Positions 47,304 to 57,776 of a stretch of DNA of 64,000 nt are shown piece by piece; the first letter of the stretch is position 1, and every line of letters starts with the position of its first letter. The notes beneath the pieces were generated by a model that saw only the letters and a program-made list of their open reading frames with translations, made no database searches and was not told where the DNA came from. The position numbers and the translations under genes are program-made. This DNA is from an uncultured Candidatus Binatia bacterium. GTDB lineage: Bacteria; Desulfobacterota; Binatia; HRBIN30. The DNA lies in NCBI GenBank assembly GCA_964534275.1, contig CAZHQG010000001.1, forward strand, positions 93,540 through 157,539, given 5' to 3'.

Positions 47304-48530
47304 TTACACAGGCAGACCACCAGTAGCGGCTTTCGTCGTTCCGTCGCGCTTGTATGTTTCAATCGTACGTTGTGCGATCCGCCATTGGTGCACTTCGTCG
47401 GCACCGTCGGCAAAGCGTGCCCAACGGGCATGTTGCGCCATTCGGGCAAGGGGTGTGTCCATGGAGTACCCGAGCGCCCCATGCACCTGGATGGCACGAT
47501 CGATGATCCGATTCAGGGCGTTCGCGACGAAGTGTTTGGCCATGGATACCTCGCTGCGAAAGTCTTCTCCTCGGTCGATCTTGTACGCCGCGTGCAACAC
47601 CATGAGCTTGCATTGATACAGCTCCATCGCCGAGTCGGCGATCATCCACTGGATGCCCTGTTTTTCGGCCAGGTAGGAACCGTGCGCATACCGCTTCAGG
47701 GCCCGGTCGACCATCATGTCCAGTGCCATCTCGGCTTGTCCGATCCACCGCATGCAGTGCGCAAGACGCGCGGGCCCTAAGCGGCTTTGCCCCAAGAGAT
47801 GCCCTTGTCCACGTTGGCCGAGCATGTTTTGCCGGGGTACGCGCAAGTTTTCGATGCGGATTTCGCAGTGGTTGTGGCTCCCCGCCATGGTTTCGATGTC
47901 GCGGACGATGGTCCATCCCTCGGCAGGCAAGTCGACGATGAACGCGGAGTTCGCGGCTTGAGGTACAGGTGGATTGTCTTCCGTTCGCGCAATCAAGATG
48001 GCAAAGCTTGCCCCGCGAGCTCCGGAGATAAACCACTTGTGCCCGTTGATGACCCATTCATCGCCGTCCAGCACCGCGCGTGTTTGAATCAGGGTGGGGT
48101 CCGAGCCAGCTACCTCGGGCTCGGTCATCGCAAAGCACGAGCGAATGACACCATCGCACAGGGGCCGCAAATACTTCTCTTTTTGTTCCTCGGTGCCCCA
48201 GTGAAGCAGGGTGTGCATGTTGCCTTCGTCTGGGGCTTGAGCGTTCAGTGCGTAGGGCCCGAACGCCGACTTGGCCGCTTCTGCCTGCACCGCCGCCATC
48301 GCCACGTGACCCAGTCCCATGCCACCATATTCTTTGGGCATGTGCGGCAGCCACAAGCCCCATTCGCGGGCGGCCTGGCGCATTTCCACGATTTTCCGGA
48401 TTAGAAACGCACGATCGCCAGGATGCTGCTCGATTTCCTGCTCGCGCGGCCGAACGATTTCGCGCACGAAGTCGCGAACCCGCGCGCGCACTGCTTCGAT
48501 TTCCGGTGGAAACGAAAAGTCGATCGCCAT
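47304..48530 (-). CDS. Acyl-CoA dehydrogenase (paralogue of 36718..37917)
   Basis: MAIDFSFPPEIEAVRARVRDFV ... CFAMTEPEVAGSD ... GHKWFISG. Confidence 0.85.
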   Translation of the reverse strand: MAIDFSFPPEIEAVRARVRDFVREIVRPREQEIEQHPGDRAFLIRKIVEMRQAAREWGLWLPHMPKEYGGMGLGHVAMAAVQAEAAKSAFGPYALNAQAPDEGNMHTLLHWGTEEQKEKYLRPLCDGVIRSCFAMTEPEVAGSDPTLIQTRAVLDGDEWVINGHKWFISGARGASFAILIARTEDNPPVPQAANSAFIVDLPAEGWTIVRDIETMAGSHNHCEIRIENLRVPRQNMLGQRGQGHLLGQSRLGPARLAHCMRWIGQAEMALDMMVDRALKRYAHGSYLAEKQGIQWMIADSAMELYQCKLMVLHAAYKIDRGEDFRSEVSMAKHFVANALNRIIDRAIQVHGALGYSMDTPLARMAQHARWARFADGADEVHQWRIAQRTIETYKRDGTTKAATGGLPV

Positions 48531-48628
48531 AGACCACGCTCCTGTTCGGGAGAGATAGTTCGCCCTTTACCCCGTGGCCGACGCTCAACCAAGGTGGGCC
48601 GGGGGTTGGAAAAAACCGTGGGCAGCAA

Positions 48629-48952
48629 CTACCGAACGCGAGCACCGGATGCGACGGGGCGCTCCGGTGTGACAAGGGCTAACCGGCCCTCGTCGTCGCT
48701 TGCCGCCAGGAGCATTCCTTGGCTTTCAACGCCGCGCAGGACGGCTGGCTGCAGGTTTGCCACCACGACGATTTGCTTCCCGATCAGATCTTCGGGTGCA
48801 TAGTGGGCGCGGATCCCGGCGACGATTTGCCGCTGTTCCGTACCGAGATCGACCCGGAGGACGAGCAGCCGATCCGCCTTTGGGTGGATTTCGGCGGCAA
48901 TCACGGTGGCCACACGGAGCTCTACCTTGCCAAACTCATCGATTGTCAGCAT
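48629..48952 (-). CDS. tRNA-binding domain protein (CsaA/Trbp111-like, EMAP/MetRS C-terminal-like OB fold)
   Basis: MLTIDEFGKVELRVATVIAAEIHPKADRLLVLRVDLGTEQRQIVAGI ... LQPAVLRGVESQGMLLAA. Confidence 0.7.
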   Translation of the reverse strand: MLTIDEFGKVELRVATVIAAEIHPKADRLLVLRVDLGTEQRQIVAGIRAHYAPEDLIGKQIVVVANLQPAVLRGVESQGMLLAASDDEGRLALVTPERPVASGARVR

Positions 48953-49069
48953 GGCTAGCCGCTGTAGCGCCTGCACGGGAACGAAGAAACTGTTTGCCGT
49001 TTCTTTCGCCCGTGCAGTGTTTGCCTCGACACCGGAGTGTCGGGCAGGCTTGTGGAGGAGGAAATCGAG

Positions 49070-50833
49070 ATGGAGCGTTTCGTGTGGCGAGCGAGGTGGA
49101 CGATCGCATGGTGGTTATTGGTTGCCGGACTTGCGCCCACCGGGAGCGCAGCGCAAGGCGCAGAGGCCACGCCCGGGCCCGCACCGACGCCAACGGTACA
49201 ACGCCCGGTGGACGATTACGATCGTGGCACTCCCCGCTCGGCCGTGCGCGGGTTGTTCGCGGCTTGCGGCGCCATGGATTACAAGCGCGCGGCAGAGTTC
49301 CTCGACTTGCGCCGTATCCGTGTGACCGAGCGGGAAGACGTTGGTCCGGTGCTTGCGCGACAATTGTGCTTGGTGCTGGACCGCACGGTATGGATCGACC
49401 TCGAACAGCTCAGTGACACTCCTGAAGGCGACCGAGAAGATGGACTGCCCCCGCGCCGCGAGAGCCTGGCAGTCGTTCCGACAGCAGAAAAGCCCACGCG
49501 GCTCTTCCTGGAGCGGGTGCCCCGTGAGGATGGAGTGCTGATTTGGAAAGTGGCGGCCGACACGGTGGCGCGTATTCCCGCTTTGTACCAAGAGTTTGGT
49601 TACGGCCCCCTCGAGGAATACCTGCCAAAGCCCTTCTTCGAGTGGATGTTCTTGGGCGTGCGGCTGTGGCAATGGATTGGCTTTCTGCTGCTCGGCACGA
49701 TCTCGTGGGCTGCTGCGTGGGTGCTCACGCGCATCCTTGTGCGTGTAGGCCGCACCATCGTGTCGCAGTCCTGGGTGCCGTTGAGCGAGGATGCCGTAGT
49801 GGTCATGCGCGCGCCCCTGCACGCATTGTTGGCGTTGGTGCTTTTCCGAAGCCAGGTTCCACTCCTCGCCTTATCCGTGCGCAGTGCGCACTTCGTACAA
49901 GGGCTCACAGGTGCGGGGATCGTTCTGGCAGTGGCGTGGTTGCTCATGCGCGCGGTCGATGTCGTTGCTCGATCGATCGAAGAGCGAGCAACCAACCGTC
50001 AGGCCGTTGCCTCCCTGCTACCGTTGGGTCGGCGGGCCACGAAAGTGTTTCTCGCGGGGCTGACCTTGCTCGCTGCGTTACAGAACCTTGGATTCGATGT
50101 CACGAGCGTGCTGGCAGGTCTGGGGATTGGCGGCCTCGCGGTTGCTTTGGCCGGGCAGAAAACGTTGGAGCATTTGTTCGGTGGGATTACGTTGGTAGCC
50201 GACCAGCCGGTGCGGGTGGGCGAGGTGTGCCGCATTGGCGACAAAATCGGAGTGGTCGAGGACATTGGCTTACGGTCGACCAGGATCCGGACACTCGATC
50301 GAACCGTTCTCTCGATTCCCAACGGGGAGTTCGCTTCCATGCAAATCGAGAATTTCAGCCGCCGCGATCGCATTCGCTTAGCTGCTACCTTAGGGCTGCG
50401 TTACGAGACGACGCCCGACCAGCTTCGTTACGTGCTCGTCGAACTCAAAAAGCTGCTGCTCTCCCACCCGAAGGTTTCTCCAGAACCCGCCCGCGTGCGG
50501 TTTGCGGGATTTGGAGCCTACTCGCTCGATATCGAGCTGCTGGCCTATATCGAAACGAGTGAACACGAGGAGTTCCTCGCCGTGCGCGAAGACTTGTTCT
50601 TGCGCATCATGGACATCGTGGCGGGCAGCGGGACTGCCTTCGCCTTTCCGTCGCACACGGTGTATTGCGGTGCAGATAGCGGCATCGATCTCGCTCGGCA
50701 GCAAGCGGCAGAGACGCAAGTACGGGAATGGCGTGCACAGCACCGCCTGTGGCTCCCGTATCCTCCCGAAGAAGAGGCGGCCGCAATTCGGGGGAGCTTG
50801 GCCTACCCGCCTCCGGGATCGGCGATATCGTGA
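49070..50833 (+). CDS. Mechanosensitive ion channel (MscS family) with periplasmic N-terminal domain
   Basis: GGAGGAGG RBS. Signal peptide, several TM helices, and the MscS core GGLAVALAGQKTLEHLFGGITLVADQPVRVGEVCRIGDKIGVVEDIGLRSTRIRTLDRTVLSIPNGEF. Confidence 0.8.
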   Translation: MERFVWRARWTIAWWLLVAGLAPTGSAAQGAEATPGPAPTPTVQRPVDDYDRGTPRSAVRGLFAACGAMDYKRAAEFLDLRRIRVTEREDVGPVLARQLCLVLDRTVWIDLEQLSDTPEGDREDGLPPRRESLAVVPTAEKPTRLFLERVPREDGVLIWKVAADTVARIPALYQEFGYGPLEEYLPKPFFEWMFLGVRLWQWIGFLLLGTISWAAAWVLTRILVRVGRTIVSQSWVPLSEDAVVVMRAPLHALLALVLFRSQVPLLALSVRSAHFVQGLTGAGIVLAVAWLLMRAVDVVARSIEERATNRQAVASLLPLGRRATKVFLAGLTLLAALQNLGFDVTSVLAGLGIGGLAVALAGQKTLEHLFGGITLVADQPVRVGEVCRIGDKIGVVEDIGLRSTRIRTLDRTVLSIPNGEFASMQIENFSRRDRIRLAATLGLRYETTPDQLRYVLVELKKLLLSHPKVSPEPARVRFAGFGAYSLDIELLAYIETSEHEEFLAVREDLFLRIMDIVAGSGTAFAFPSHTVYCGADSGIDLARQQAAETQVREWRAQHRLWLPYPPEEEAAAIRGSLAYPPPGSAIS

Positions 50834-50876
50834 ACCCATCCTCTGGGCCTTGGCGAAGGTTGGAAAGTAGGGAAGG

Positions 50877-52940
50877 ATGCGGGCTGCCGCGTGGCACGGG
50901 GCGATTCGGGAAACGAGAGGAGCGGGGTTCGAGGAGATGGAATACGAGGTTCGGGACGGGCGCTTGTTTTTTTGCACCCCAGACGGGCGGGTACGGCTCG
51001 AGGGGTTAAGACCGGCGGTATTTTACGAGGTTGGAGGCGAGCCTCGCAGGTACCGACCGTATCTCGAACGTTCCGAGGGTGGAGCACATTCCGCGGCAAA
51101 CGAAGACGGCCTCGCGCTGCGTGTGTCCGTGACCCGCGAGGGCTTGTTCGTGGTTGTCCGACTCGTGCTGGAGCACCGTGGGTCGCGCCCGCTTCGCGTG
51201 TATACAGCATCTCCGTTGTGGCTTCCGGATTTTGGCGAGGTCTTCGTTGGGCCGTCCGCCCGTCACTGGAGCGTGTATCGCAATGGCTATCAGTCGTGGA
51301 CCGGCACGCGGAGCTTTCGTGCTCACGAGACGGATGCCGATCCGTGGTCCTTCTTGCTCCGGGTCGGTCTCATAGACATTGCGCGGCCTTCGCCGGCGAG
51401 TCCGGGGCACTTCCGTTCCGACTCGTTTACCGCGATCGCCAACCTTCGGTCTCGCGAGGTGCTGGTTGCCGGCTTCCTCGATGTGCGCCGTGCATTTGCA
51501 GACATCGAGGTTGCCATCGTAGGCGATCGTTGTGGCCGTTGGGAAGCAACGGTGCGCTACGAGGGCAAGTCTCTCTGTCCAGGGGAAAAACTCGAAGTGG
51601 CTCCACTGGCGTTGGCTGCCGGCGACGACGGTTACGCATTGCTAGCGGCGTACGCCGAGCGGAGCGGTTTTGCCATGGAAGCAAGGGTTCCGGAACGGAG
51701 CCCGATTGGATGGTGCTCGTGGTACGAGTATTTCACCGACATCGATGTAGGAGCGATTCGCGAGAACATCGATGCTGCCAAGCGCCTGCGCCCGCTCGTG
51801 GCCTTTGATTACGTGCAAATCGACGATGGTTACCAGGCAGCGGTCGGGGACTGGCTCGAGCCCGACCGCAAGAAGTTTCCTCGCGGGGTAGCGCCGCTGG
51901 CCGCGGAAATACGAGAGGCTGGCTTCGTCCCGGGAATTTGGCTCGCGCCGTTTATCGCCCGCAGCAATGCCCGGTTGGTGGCCGAGCATCCAGAGTGGTT
52001 TGTCCGCGACAACGACGGCAGACTGCAATTCGCGCTGTGGAATCCACTTTGGGGTCTCGGTCCTTGTTATGCGCTCGACACGACCCACCCCGAGGTCCAG
52101 GAGTGGATCCGCGAGGTGGTGGAAACGGTTGTTCACCGCTGGGGTTTTTCGCTCCTGAAACTTGATTTTTTGTACGCCGCGGCTCTGCCAGGTGTGCGTT
52201 ACGACCGGGAAGCCACGCGGGCCCACGCCTTGCGTAGGGGCCTGGAGACGATCCGGGCAGCGGCAGGCGACCAAGCGTTCCTGATCGGATGTGGCTGCCC
52301 TCTCGGCCCTGCGGTGGGCATCGTGGATGCCATGCGAATCGGTCCGGACGTGGCTCCGTTTTGGAGCAACTTCCTCAGTCGCACCGTGCTGCGCGATTTG
52401 CACGGTGTGGCGACAAAGCACGCGATTCGCAACACGTTGACCAGGGCGTTTTTGCATCGGCGTTGGTGGCTGAACGATCCTGACTGCTTGATGGTCCGTT
52501 CGCACCGCACGAAATTGACCGAGGAGGAATTCCGTGCCTTGGCTACCGCGGTCGTTGCCACCGATGGGTTGTTGGTTGTGAGCGATCGGCTCTCTTTGCT
52601 GACCCCGAGCGAACTCGAACGCTTGCAGCAGGTGCTGGACATTCGCCGCGACGTGCGGTTCGAGCCGTACGTCGCGGATTTGATGGAGGCCGACCCTCCG
52701 GGAATTGTGATTGCCCGTTCGTCCGAGCAGTGTGCCGTAGCGGTCTGGAACTTTGCGGACGAACCCTCGTCCGCCGTGATTCCAGTGCAGCAATGGCTTC
52801 CGAATGCCGCCGGGCTTGCCCATGTGTTCGAGCATTGGACCGGCCAGGTCGCGGACTTGCGCGCTGGCGCGCTGGAGATCGAACAGTTCCCGCCGCATGG
52901 GGCGCGCCTATTCATGTTCCCTGCCGAGGGGAGCATGTAA
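50877..52940 (+). CDS. Alpha-galactosidase (glycoside hydrolase family 36-like)
   Basis: GWCSWYEYF, FDYVQIDDGYQ, KLDFLY and GCGCPLGP are typical of GH36/melibiase. Confidence 0.75.
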   Translation: MRAAAWHGAIRETRGAGFEEMEYEVRDGRLFFCTPDGRVRLEGLRPAVFYEVGGEPRRYRPYLERSEGGAHSAANEDGLALRVSVTREGLFVVVRLVLEHRGSRPLRVYTASPLWLPDFGEVFVGPSARHWSVYRNGYQSWTGTRSFRAHETDADPWSFLLRVGLIDIARPSPASPGHFRSDSFTAIANLRSREVLVAGFLDVRRAFADIEVAIVGDRCGRWEATVRYEGKSLCPGEKLEVAPLALAAGDDGYALLAAYAERSGFAMEARVPERSPIGWCSWYEYFTDIDVGAIRENIDAAKRLRPLVAFDYVQIDDGYQAAVGDWLEPDRKKFPRGVAPLAAEIREAGFVPGIWLAPFIARSNARLVAEHPEWFVRDNDGRLQFALWNPLWGLGPCYALDTTHPEVQEWIREVVETVVHRWGFSLLKLDFLYAAALPGVRYDREATRAHALRRGLETIRAAAGDQAFLIGCGCPLGPAVGIVDAMRIGPDVAPFWSNFLSRTVLRDLHGVATKHAIRNTLTRAFLHRRWWLNDPDCLMVRSHRTKLTEEEFRALATAVVATDGLLVVSDRLSLLTPSELERLQQVLDIRRDVRFEPYVADLMEADPPGIVIARSSEQCAVAVWNFADEPSSAVIPVQQWLPNAAGLAHVFEHWTGQVADLRAGALEIEQFPPHGARLFMFPAEGSM

Positions 52941-52992
52941 AAAGCGCTTGTACTTTGCCCAGGAACATCGCATGTTAGGGAGCAACTTGGCC

Positions 52993-53430
52993 ATGCGGGT
53001 AGCGGAACGGGTCGATGTGCTGTGGGTAGAGGACGACGCCCTCGATGGCGAGCTAGCCTTGGAGTGCTTACCGCGAGGCCTCGAGGGCTTGTCTGTGCGT
53101 CTCGTTTCGGATGGGCGAAAGGCTCTGGAGTGGGTGCGCGCCTGCGGCTCACGTTCGTCCTTGCCGCTGGTGGTGTTGCTAGATTTGCATTTGCCCGGTG
53201 CGGACGGTCTCGAAGTACTGAGGGAAATCCGCTCTTCGCCAGCGACCGGTTTGCTGCCGGTGGTCGTCTTCAGCTCGGCAGCGGACCCTCGGACGATCGA
53301 GGCATGTTACCGCGCTGGCGCGAATAGTTACGTGCTGAAACCAGCGAGCTTCGCCGAGTATTTGCAAGTTCTCTCTCAGGTTGTGCAGTACTGGGTGCGA
53401 ACGAATCATCATCCGCTGCTGCCTTTTTAG
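52993..53430 (+). CDS. Single-domain response regulator (CheY-like receiver)
   Basis: VLWVEDD ... LVVLLDLHLPGADGLEVLREIR ... VVVFSSAADP ... NSYVLKP. Confidence 0.75.
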   Translation: MRVAERVDVLWVEDDALDGELALECLPRGLEGLSVRLVSDGRKALEWVRACGSRSSLPLVVLLDLHLPGADGLEVLREIRSSPATGLLPVVVFSSAADPRTIEACYRAGANSYVLKPASFAEYLQVLSQVVQYWVRTNHHPLLPF

Positions 53431-53459
53431 ACGAGGTCGGGAGTGTTAGGTGCACTCCC

Positions 53460-53813
53460 ATGCAGAAGCCCGGCAGCTCCGCACGGGTGAAGGCGTTGCG
53501 CGACTTGCTGCATGCAAGCCTCGCCCCCGAACACTTGTGGATTTTCGACGAGAGTGCTGCCCATGTAGGGCATGCGGGAGCGCGGAGCGGGGCAGGCCAC
53601 TATTACGTTCGCGTTGTGACCTCCCGCTTCGAGGGCCAATCGCGCGTGGAGCGCCATCGGCGGATTTATCACGCTGTGGGGGAACTGTTCGGGAAGGAAA
53701 TTCACGCGCTTCGAATCGACGCGTTCGCCCCAGGGGAATGGCGAGCCGCGCCGGGGACCACGTGCGACTGCTGCGTGTGTGATGGGGAGCAGGACGCCAC
53801 CCCACTGCGCTGA
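53460..53813 (+). CDS. BolA-family protein with Cys-rich C-terminal extension
   Basis: LWIFDESAAHVGHAG ... HYYVRVVTSRFEG ... RHRRIYHAVGELFGKEIHALRI, then CDCCVCDGE. Confidence 0.65.
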   Translation: MQKPGSSARVKALRDLLHASLAPEHLWIFDESAAHVGHAGARSGAGHYYVRVVTSRFEGQSRVERHRRIYHAVGELFGKEIHALRIDAFAPGEWRAAPGTTCDCCVCDGEQDATPLR

Positions 53814-53866
53814 ATTGCGTTCCTTTGGGGGCTCGTCTATCGTCGCGCGCCGAGGTCGTTTTCCCT

Positions 53867-55795
53867 ATGCTCAAGTTTATTCGGCGAAATGCTTCCGCCA
53901 CGTGGGTGAAGGTGTTGTTTGGCCTCTTGGCTGCCGTGTTCATTTACTGGGGAATCGGGGCCGGCCTCCGTGGCACCAGCCGATATAACGCCGTCGCCAA
54001 GGTGAATGGTAAGCCAATTACGGAAAAGGATTTGGAACGAGCAGAGGAAAACGTGCGGCAGTTTTACCGGACGCTGTACGGCGAGCAGTTCCGTCCGGAG
54101 CTTTTGCAAGGAGTGGACATCCGCGGGCAGGCGCTGGACCGGCTTATCCGCACCGAACTGATGTATCAGGAAGCTCAGCGGCTAGGACTCGAGGCCACGG
54201 ACGACGAAGTGCGCGACTTTATCGCCAAGATGGACACGTTCCGTCCAGAGGGGCGATTCGACCGCGAGTTTTATCTTCGCGTGCTGCGAGCCAATCGCCT
54301 GACTCCAGCCGAGTTCGAAGAGAGTGTGCGCCGCGACATCTTGGTGAACAAGCTTCAAGGCATCGTGCTTGCGGGAGTGCAAGTGAGCGAAGACGATTTG
54401 CGCCAGCGGTTCCGGTACGAGAAAGAGCAGGTGCGAGTCGCGTTTGTCGAGTTCGATGCCGCGAAGCTGGCGAACGAAGTGGAACTCGCCCCGGGCGAGG
54501 CTGAGAAGTACTTCGAGGATCACAAAGAAGAGTTTCGCGAGCCTGAGCGCGTGCGCGTGGAGTACATCGCCTATCCCGTAGAAAAGTTTCTAGCTCGTGC
54601 CGAGGTGAGCGACGCCGACATCCAAGCGTATTACGAGAAGCACGAGGAGGAATACCGTCTCCCGGAGCGGGTGCACGCGCGTCACATTCTTTTCCGAGTG
54701 GATCCGAAGGCAACGAGCGAGCAAAAGGAGTCGGTTCGCAAGCGTGCCGCGGAAGTGTTGGAAAAGGCGCGCCAAGGAGAGGACTTTGCCCAATTGGCGC
54801 AGAAATATTCCGAGGACCCGGGTAGCGGTCCGCAGGGAGGCGATCTCGGCTTTTTCCCGCGCGGGCAAATGGTACCGGCGTTCGAAGCTGTCGCGTTTTC
54901 CCTGCCTCCGGGGACGGTGAGCGACTTGGTGGAAACCAACTTTGGGTTTCACATCATCAAAGTCGAAGCCAAAGAAGAGGCCCGCACCCAGCCGCTCGAG
55001 GAAGTTCGGGACTCCATCCGCGAAAAGCTGCAGAAAGAAAAGGCACGGCAACTGGCCCAAGATCAAGCAGGGAAGGATCGGAGCCGCGCGGCCAACGGCG
55101 AGTCGCTCGCAGAGATTGCTCGCAGCTCCGGGTTGGAGCTGAAAGCGCCAGCCCCGTTCGCGGAGCATGATGCAGTCGAAGGACTGGGAAGCAATCACCC
55201 GCTGTCGCGTGCGGCATTCCAAACTCAAGCCGGAGAGGTCGGCCCGGTGGTGTCGACCTCAGAAGGGTTTGTCGTATTCAAGGTTTCCGAGCGGATCCCC
55301 TCGGCGATTCCACCGTTTGCTGCCGTGCAGGCGAAAGTGCAGCAGCAGGCTCGCTTGGAAAAAGCTCGCGAGCGAGCGCGGCAGATGGCGGAGGCGCTCC
55401 TTGAAGAGGCAAAGAAGTCCAGTCTTCGGTCCGCCGCCCAGGCGAAAGGGCTGGAGGTAGATGAAACCTCTCCGTTTACTCGCGAAGGCGCGTTTGTCCC
55501 CCGGATTGGCGACAGTGAAGAGATCAAACAGGCAGCGTTTGGTCTCACGAAAGACGCGGCGCTTGCGGGGCGTGTGTTCCAAGTTGGCGATAGCTTCGTG
55601 GTCATCGAATTGGTCGAGCGCACGGAGCCGAGCGAAGAGGAGTTCGCCCAACAAAAGGAACAGTTGGCCCAGCAGGTGACCGGGCAGAGAAGGGCGCACG
55701 TACTCGAGGAGTTCGCGAATTACTTGCAGTCGAAAGCAAAAATCGATCTTCACCCGGTACAACTTGCCGCAGCCGGGGGACGCGGGCGTCGTTGA
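53867..55795 (+). CDS. ppiD: Periplasmic chaperone / peptidyl-prolyl isomerase PpiD-like (N-terminal TM, SurA-like domain, parvulin domain)
   Basis: TM segment VKVLFGLLAAVFIYWGIG. Parvulin region HARHILFRV ... GGDLGFFPRGQMVPAFEAVAFSLPPGTVSDLVETNFGFHIIKVE. Confidence 0.75.
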   Translation: MLKFIRRNASATWVKVLFGLLAAVFIYWGIGAGLRGTSRYNAVAKVNGKPITEKDLERAEENVRQFYRTLYGEQFRPELLQGVDIRGQALDRLIRTELMYQEAQRLGLEATDDEVRDFIAKMDTFRPEGRFDREFYLRVLRANRLTPAEFEESVRRDILVNKLQGIVLAGVQVSEDDLRQRFRYEKEQVRVAFVEFDAAKLANEVELAPGEAEKYFEDHKEEFREPERVRVEYIAYPVEKFLARAEVSDADIQAYYEKHEEEYRLPERVHARHILFRVDPKATSEQKESVRKRAAEVLEKARQGEDFAQLAQKYSEDPGSGPQGGDLGFFPRGQMVPAFEAVAFSLPPGTVSDLVETNFGFHIIKVEAKEEARTQPLEEVRDSIREKLQKEKARQLAQDQAGKDRSRAANGESLAEIARSSGLELKAPAPFAEHDAVEGLGSNHPLSRAAFQTQAGEVGPVVSTSEGFVVFKVSERIPSAIPPFAAVQAKVQQQARLEKARERARQMAEALLEEAKKSSLRSAAQAKGLEVDETSPFTREGAFVPRIGDSEEIKQAAFGLTKDAALAGRVFQVGDSFVVIELVERTEPSEEEFAQQKEQLAQQVTGQRRAHVLEEFANYLQSKAKIDLHPVQLAAAGGRGRR

Positions 55796-55816
55796 AGCAC
55801 GGCGTTCGCTGGCATC

Positions 55817-56617
55817 GTGCAAGAGCGATCTTCGTTGGCAAAACCTGATGCAGTGCCTGCGACGGCTGAGTTCCGTGGCTTGAGCTATCCTGGGCAGGTT
55901 CCAGCGCACCTCTTTTTGCACGGATTCACTGCGACCCCCGAGGAATGCCGCTTTCTTGCGGAGTGTGTGCATGCCGACGGGTACGCAGCGTGGGTGCCTG
56001 TGCTGGCAGGGCATGCCAGCTCGGTGGAGGAACTTGCGCGGACACGTTGGCAAGACTGGTACCGAACCGTCGAGGAAGCGGCCGCGATCATCGGAGCGGC
56101 AAAAGAGCCTCTGGTGATCGTTGGGCAATCGCTTGGCGGCTTGCTGGCGTTGCACCTGGCAGCAACTCGTCCCAACTGGGTACGCGGGATCGTGTTACTG
56201 GCGCCTGCACTGTTCTTGCGGGCTCGCTGGCTGGAAAGCGTGCGGCCAGCGCTGCCGTGGCTTGCAAGGATCCGCCCATTTTGGCCGAGAGGGCAAAGCG
56301 ACCTGGCCGACCCGCAAGCCCGGCGCGACCGAGTTGGCTACGAGCAGATCCCCTTGCGTGCGCTTGGCGAGCTTCTGGAATTGCAAAGCATCGTACGCCG
56401 AGAGGTTGAACGCGTACACCAACCCACGCTGGTCGTGCAATCAAGACAGGATCACACGTGCTCTTGGCAGGGAGTCGAGTGGCTGCAAACCCGGCTACGC
56501 GGCTTTGTGGAAACTCTGGAACTTCGCCGCAGCTATCACGTCGTGAGCTTGGACTACGACCGTGCCGTGGTCGCTCGGGCGATCCTTCGCTTTGTAGCCC
56601 GCACTCTCAACGCTTGA
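55817..56617 (+). CDS. Alpha/beta-hydrolase carboxylesterase (Est30/YvaK-like)
   Basis: HLFLHGFTATPEE and the GQSLGG nucleophile elbow. Confidence 0.75.
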   Translation: MQERSSLAKPDAVPATAEFRGLSYPGQVPAHLFLHGFTATPEECRFLAECVHADGYAAWVPVLAGHASSVEELARTRWQDWYRTVEEAAAIIGAAKEPLVIVGQSLGGLLALHLAATRPNWVRGIVLLAPALFLRARWLESVRPALPWLARIRPFWPRGQSDLADPQARRDRVGYEQIPLRALGELLELQSIVRREVERVHQPTLVVQSRQDHTCSWQGVEWLQTRLRGFVETLELRRSYHVVSLDYDRAVVARAILRFVARTLNA

Positions 56618-56708
56618 TGCGTGGCGCCCGGCTTGGTGCGCGCCCCAACTCGAGCCCATCCCAACTCGAGCCCACCGACGCCGACGGGATCGGTCCGCGG
56701 CAGGAAAC

Positions 56709-57053
56709 TTACGACTGGATCTCTTGGATCCGGGCGGCTTTGCCAGAGCGCTCGCGCAAATAGTACAACTTTGCCCGCCGCACCTTCCCGCGAGAAACAA
56801 TCTCGATCTTTTCGATGCGCGGGGAATGCACCGGGAACGTGCGCTCCACGCCGACGCCGTAGGATACCTTTCGCACGGTAAAGGTGGCTCGGTTGGCCCC
56901 GCGCGATCGCCGCAACACCACGCCTTCGAACACTTGGATGCGTTCCTTGTCCCCTTCCACCACGATGCAGTGCACCCGCACCGTATCGCCCGGGCGAAAG
57001 TCGGGAATGTCCGAGCGAAGTTGCTTTTGTTCGATTGCGTCGATGACGTTCAT
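56709..57053 (-). CDS. rplS: 50S ribosomal protein L19
   Basis: [37 protein letters not shown] ... [10 protein letters not shown]. Confidence 0.9.
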   Translation of the reverse strand: MNVIDAIEQKQLRSDIPDFRPGDTVRVHCIVVEGDKERIQVFEGVVLRRSRGANRATFTVRKVSYGVGVERTFPVHSPRIEKIEIVSRGKVRRAKLYYLRERSGKAARIQEIQS

Positions 57054-57092
57054 GGCTCTCCTCGCCTTCCGGTGAAAACGGAAACCACGTTG

Positions 57093-57776
57093 CTAGCGCG
57101 GGCCGCAAAGGCGGTCAAGCATGATTGCGGCCGCGGACCGGACGGAAAGGTGGTTGTACTCCGTGGGTCCGGTGATTGGCTCGAGAAAAACGTCGCAACG
57201 GGCGACGAGCTCGGGCGCGAAGCCCCATCCCGTACCGAGCACGAGCAAGTACGGCCGGTCATCGTGTTCCAGGCGGCTGCGCAACTCGGAGAATGGTATG
57301 CGATTGGGTCCCTGCTTGGCGGAGGTACCGACCACGTAAGGCCGACGACCCGTTTCGCGTTCGATCGACAGCAAAACCCCGTCGAGGTCTGTTTCCAGAG
57401 CCACGATGCTCAGGGCTTCTTTTCGCGTGGAGTTGTACGTGGAACCGTAGCCTACTTGCCAATGCTCGATGATTTTTTCGGCCAAGAGGCGCAGTGCACG
57501 CACCGGATGCGCGACGTAAAACCGCTGGACGCCGTAGGTCAGAGCGGAGCGCGCAATGTCGTGGATGTCCATATTTGTGAGCGCGGTGGTGACAACCGCG
57601 CCGTTCTTGTCGAGCATGGGGTGGTGGAGCAAGGCCAGGTAGAGCTTAGCCACGCGACTTCCCCTCGAGCTCGCGGAGGAACGCGCGATCTTCGTCAGTG
57701 AGCCGAGCATGGGCGAGCAAGTCTGGTCGGCGCTCCCAGGTGCGGCGCAGAGATTCTTGTCGGCGCCAGCGGGCAA
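57093..57776 (-). CDS. SPOUT-superfamily (SpoU/TrmH-like) RNA methyltransferase-like protein between trmD and rplS; start uncertain
   Basis: [16 protein letters not shown] and the C-terminal [25 protein letters not shown] resemble SpoU motifs 2 and 3. Confidence 0.5.
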   Translation of the reverse strand: MPAGADKNLCAAPGSADQTCSPMLGSLTKIARSSASSRGSRVAKLYLALLHHPMLDKNGAVVTTALTNMDIHDIARSALTYGVQRFYVAHPVRALRLLAEKIIEHWQVGYGSTYNSTRKEALSIVALETDLDGVLLSIERETGRRPYVVGTSAKQGPNRIPFSELRSRLEHDDRPYLLVLGTGWGFAPELVARCDVFLEPITGPTEYNHLSVRSAAAIMLDRLCGPR

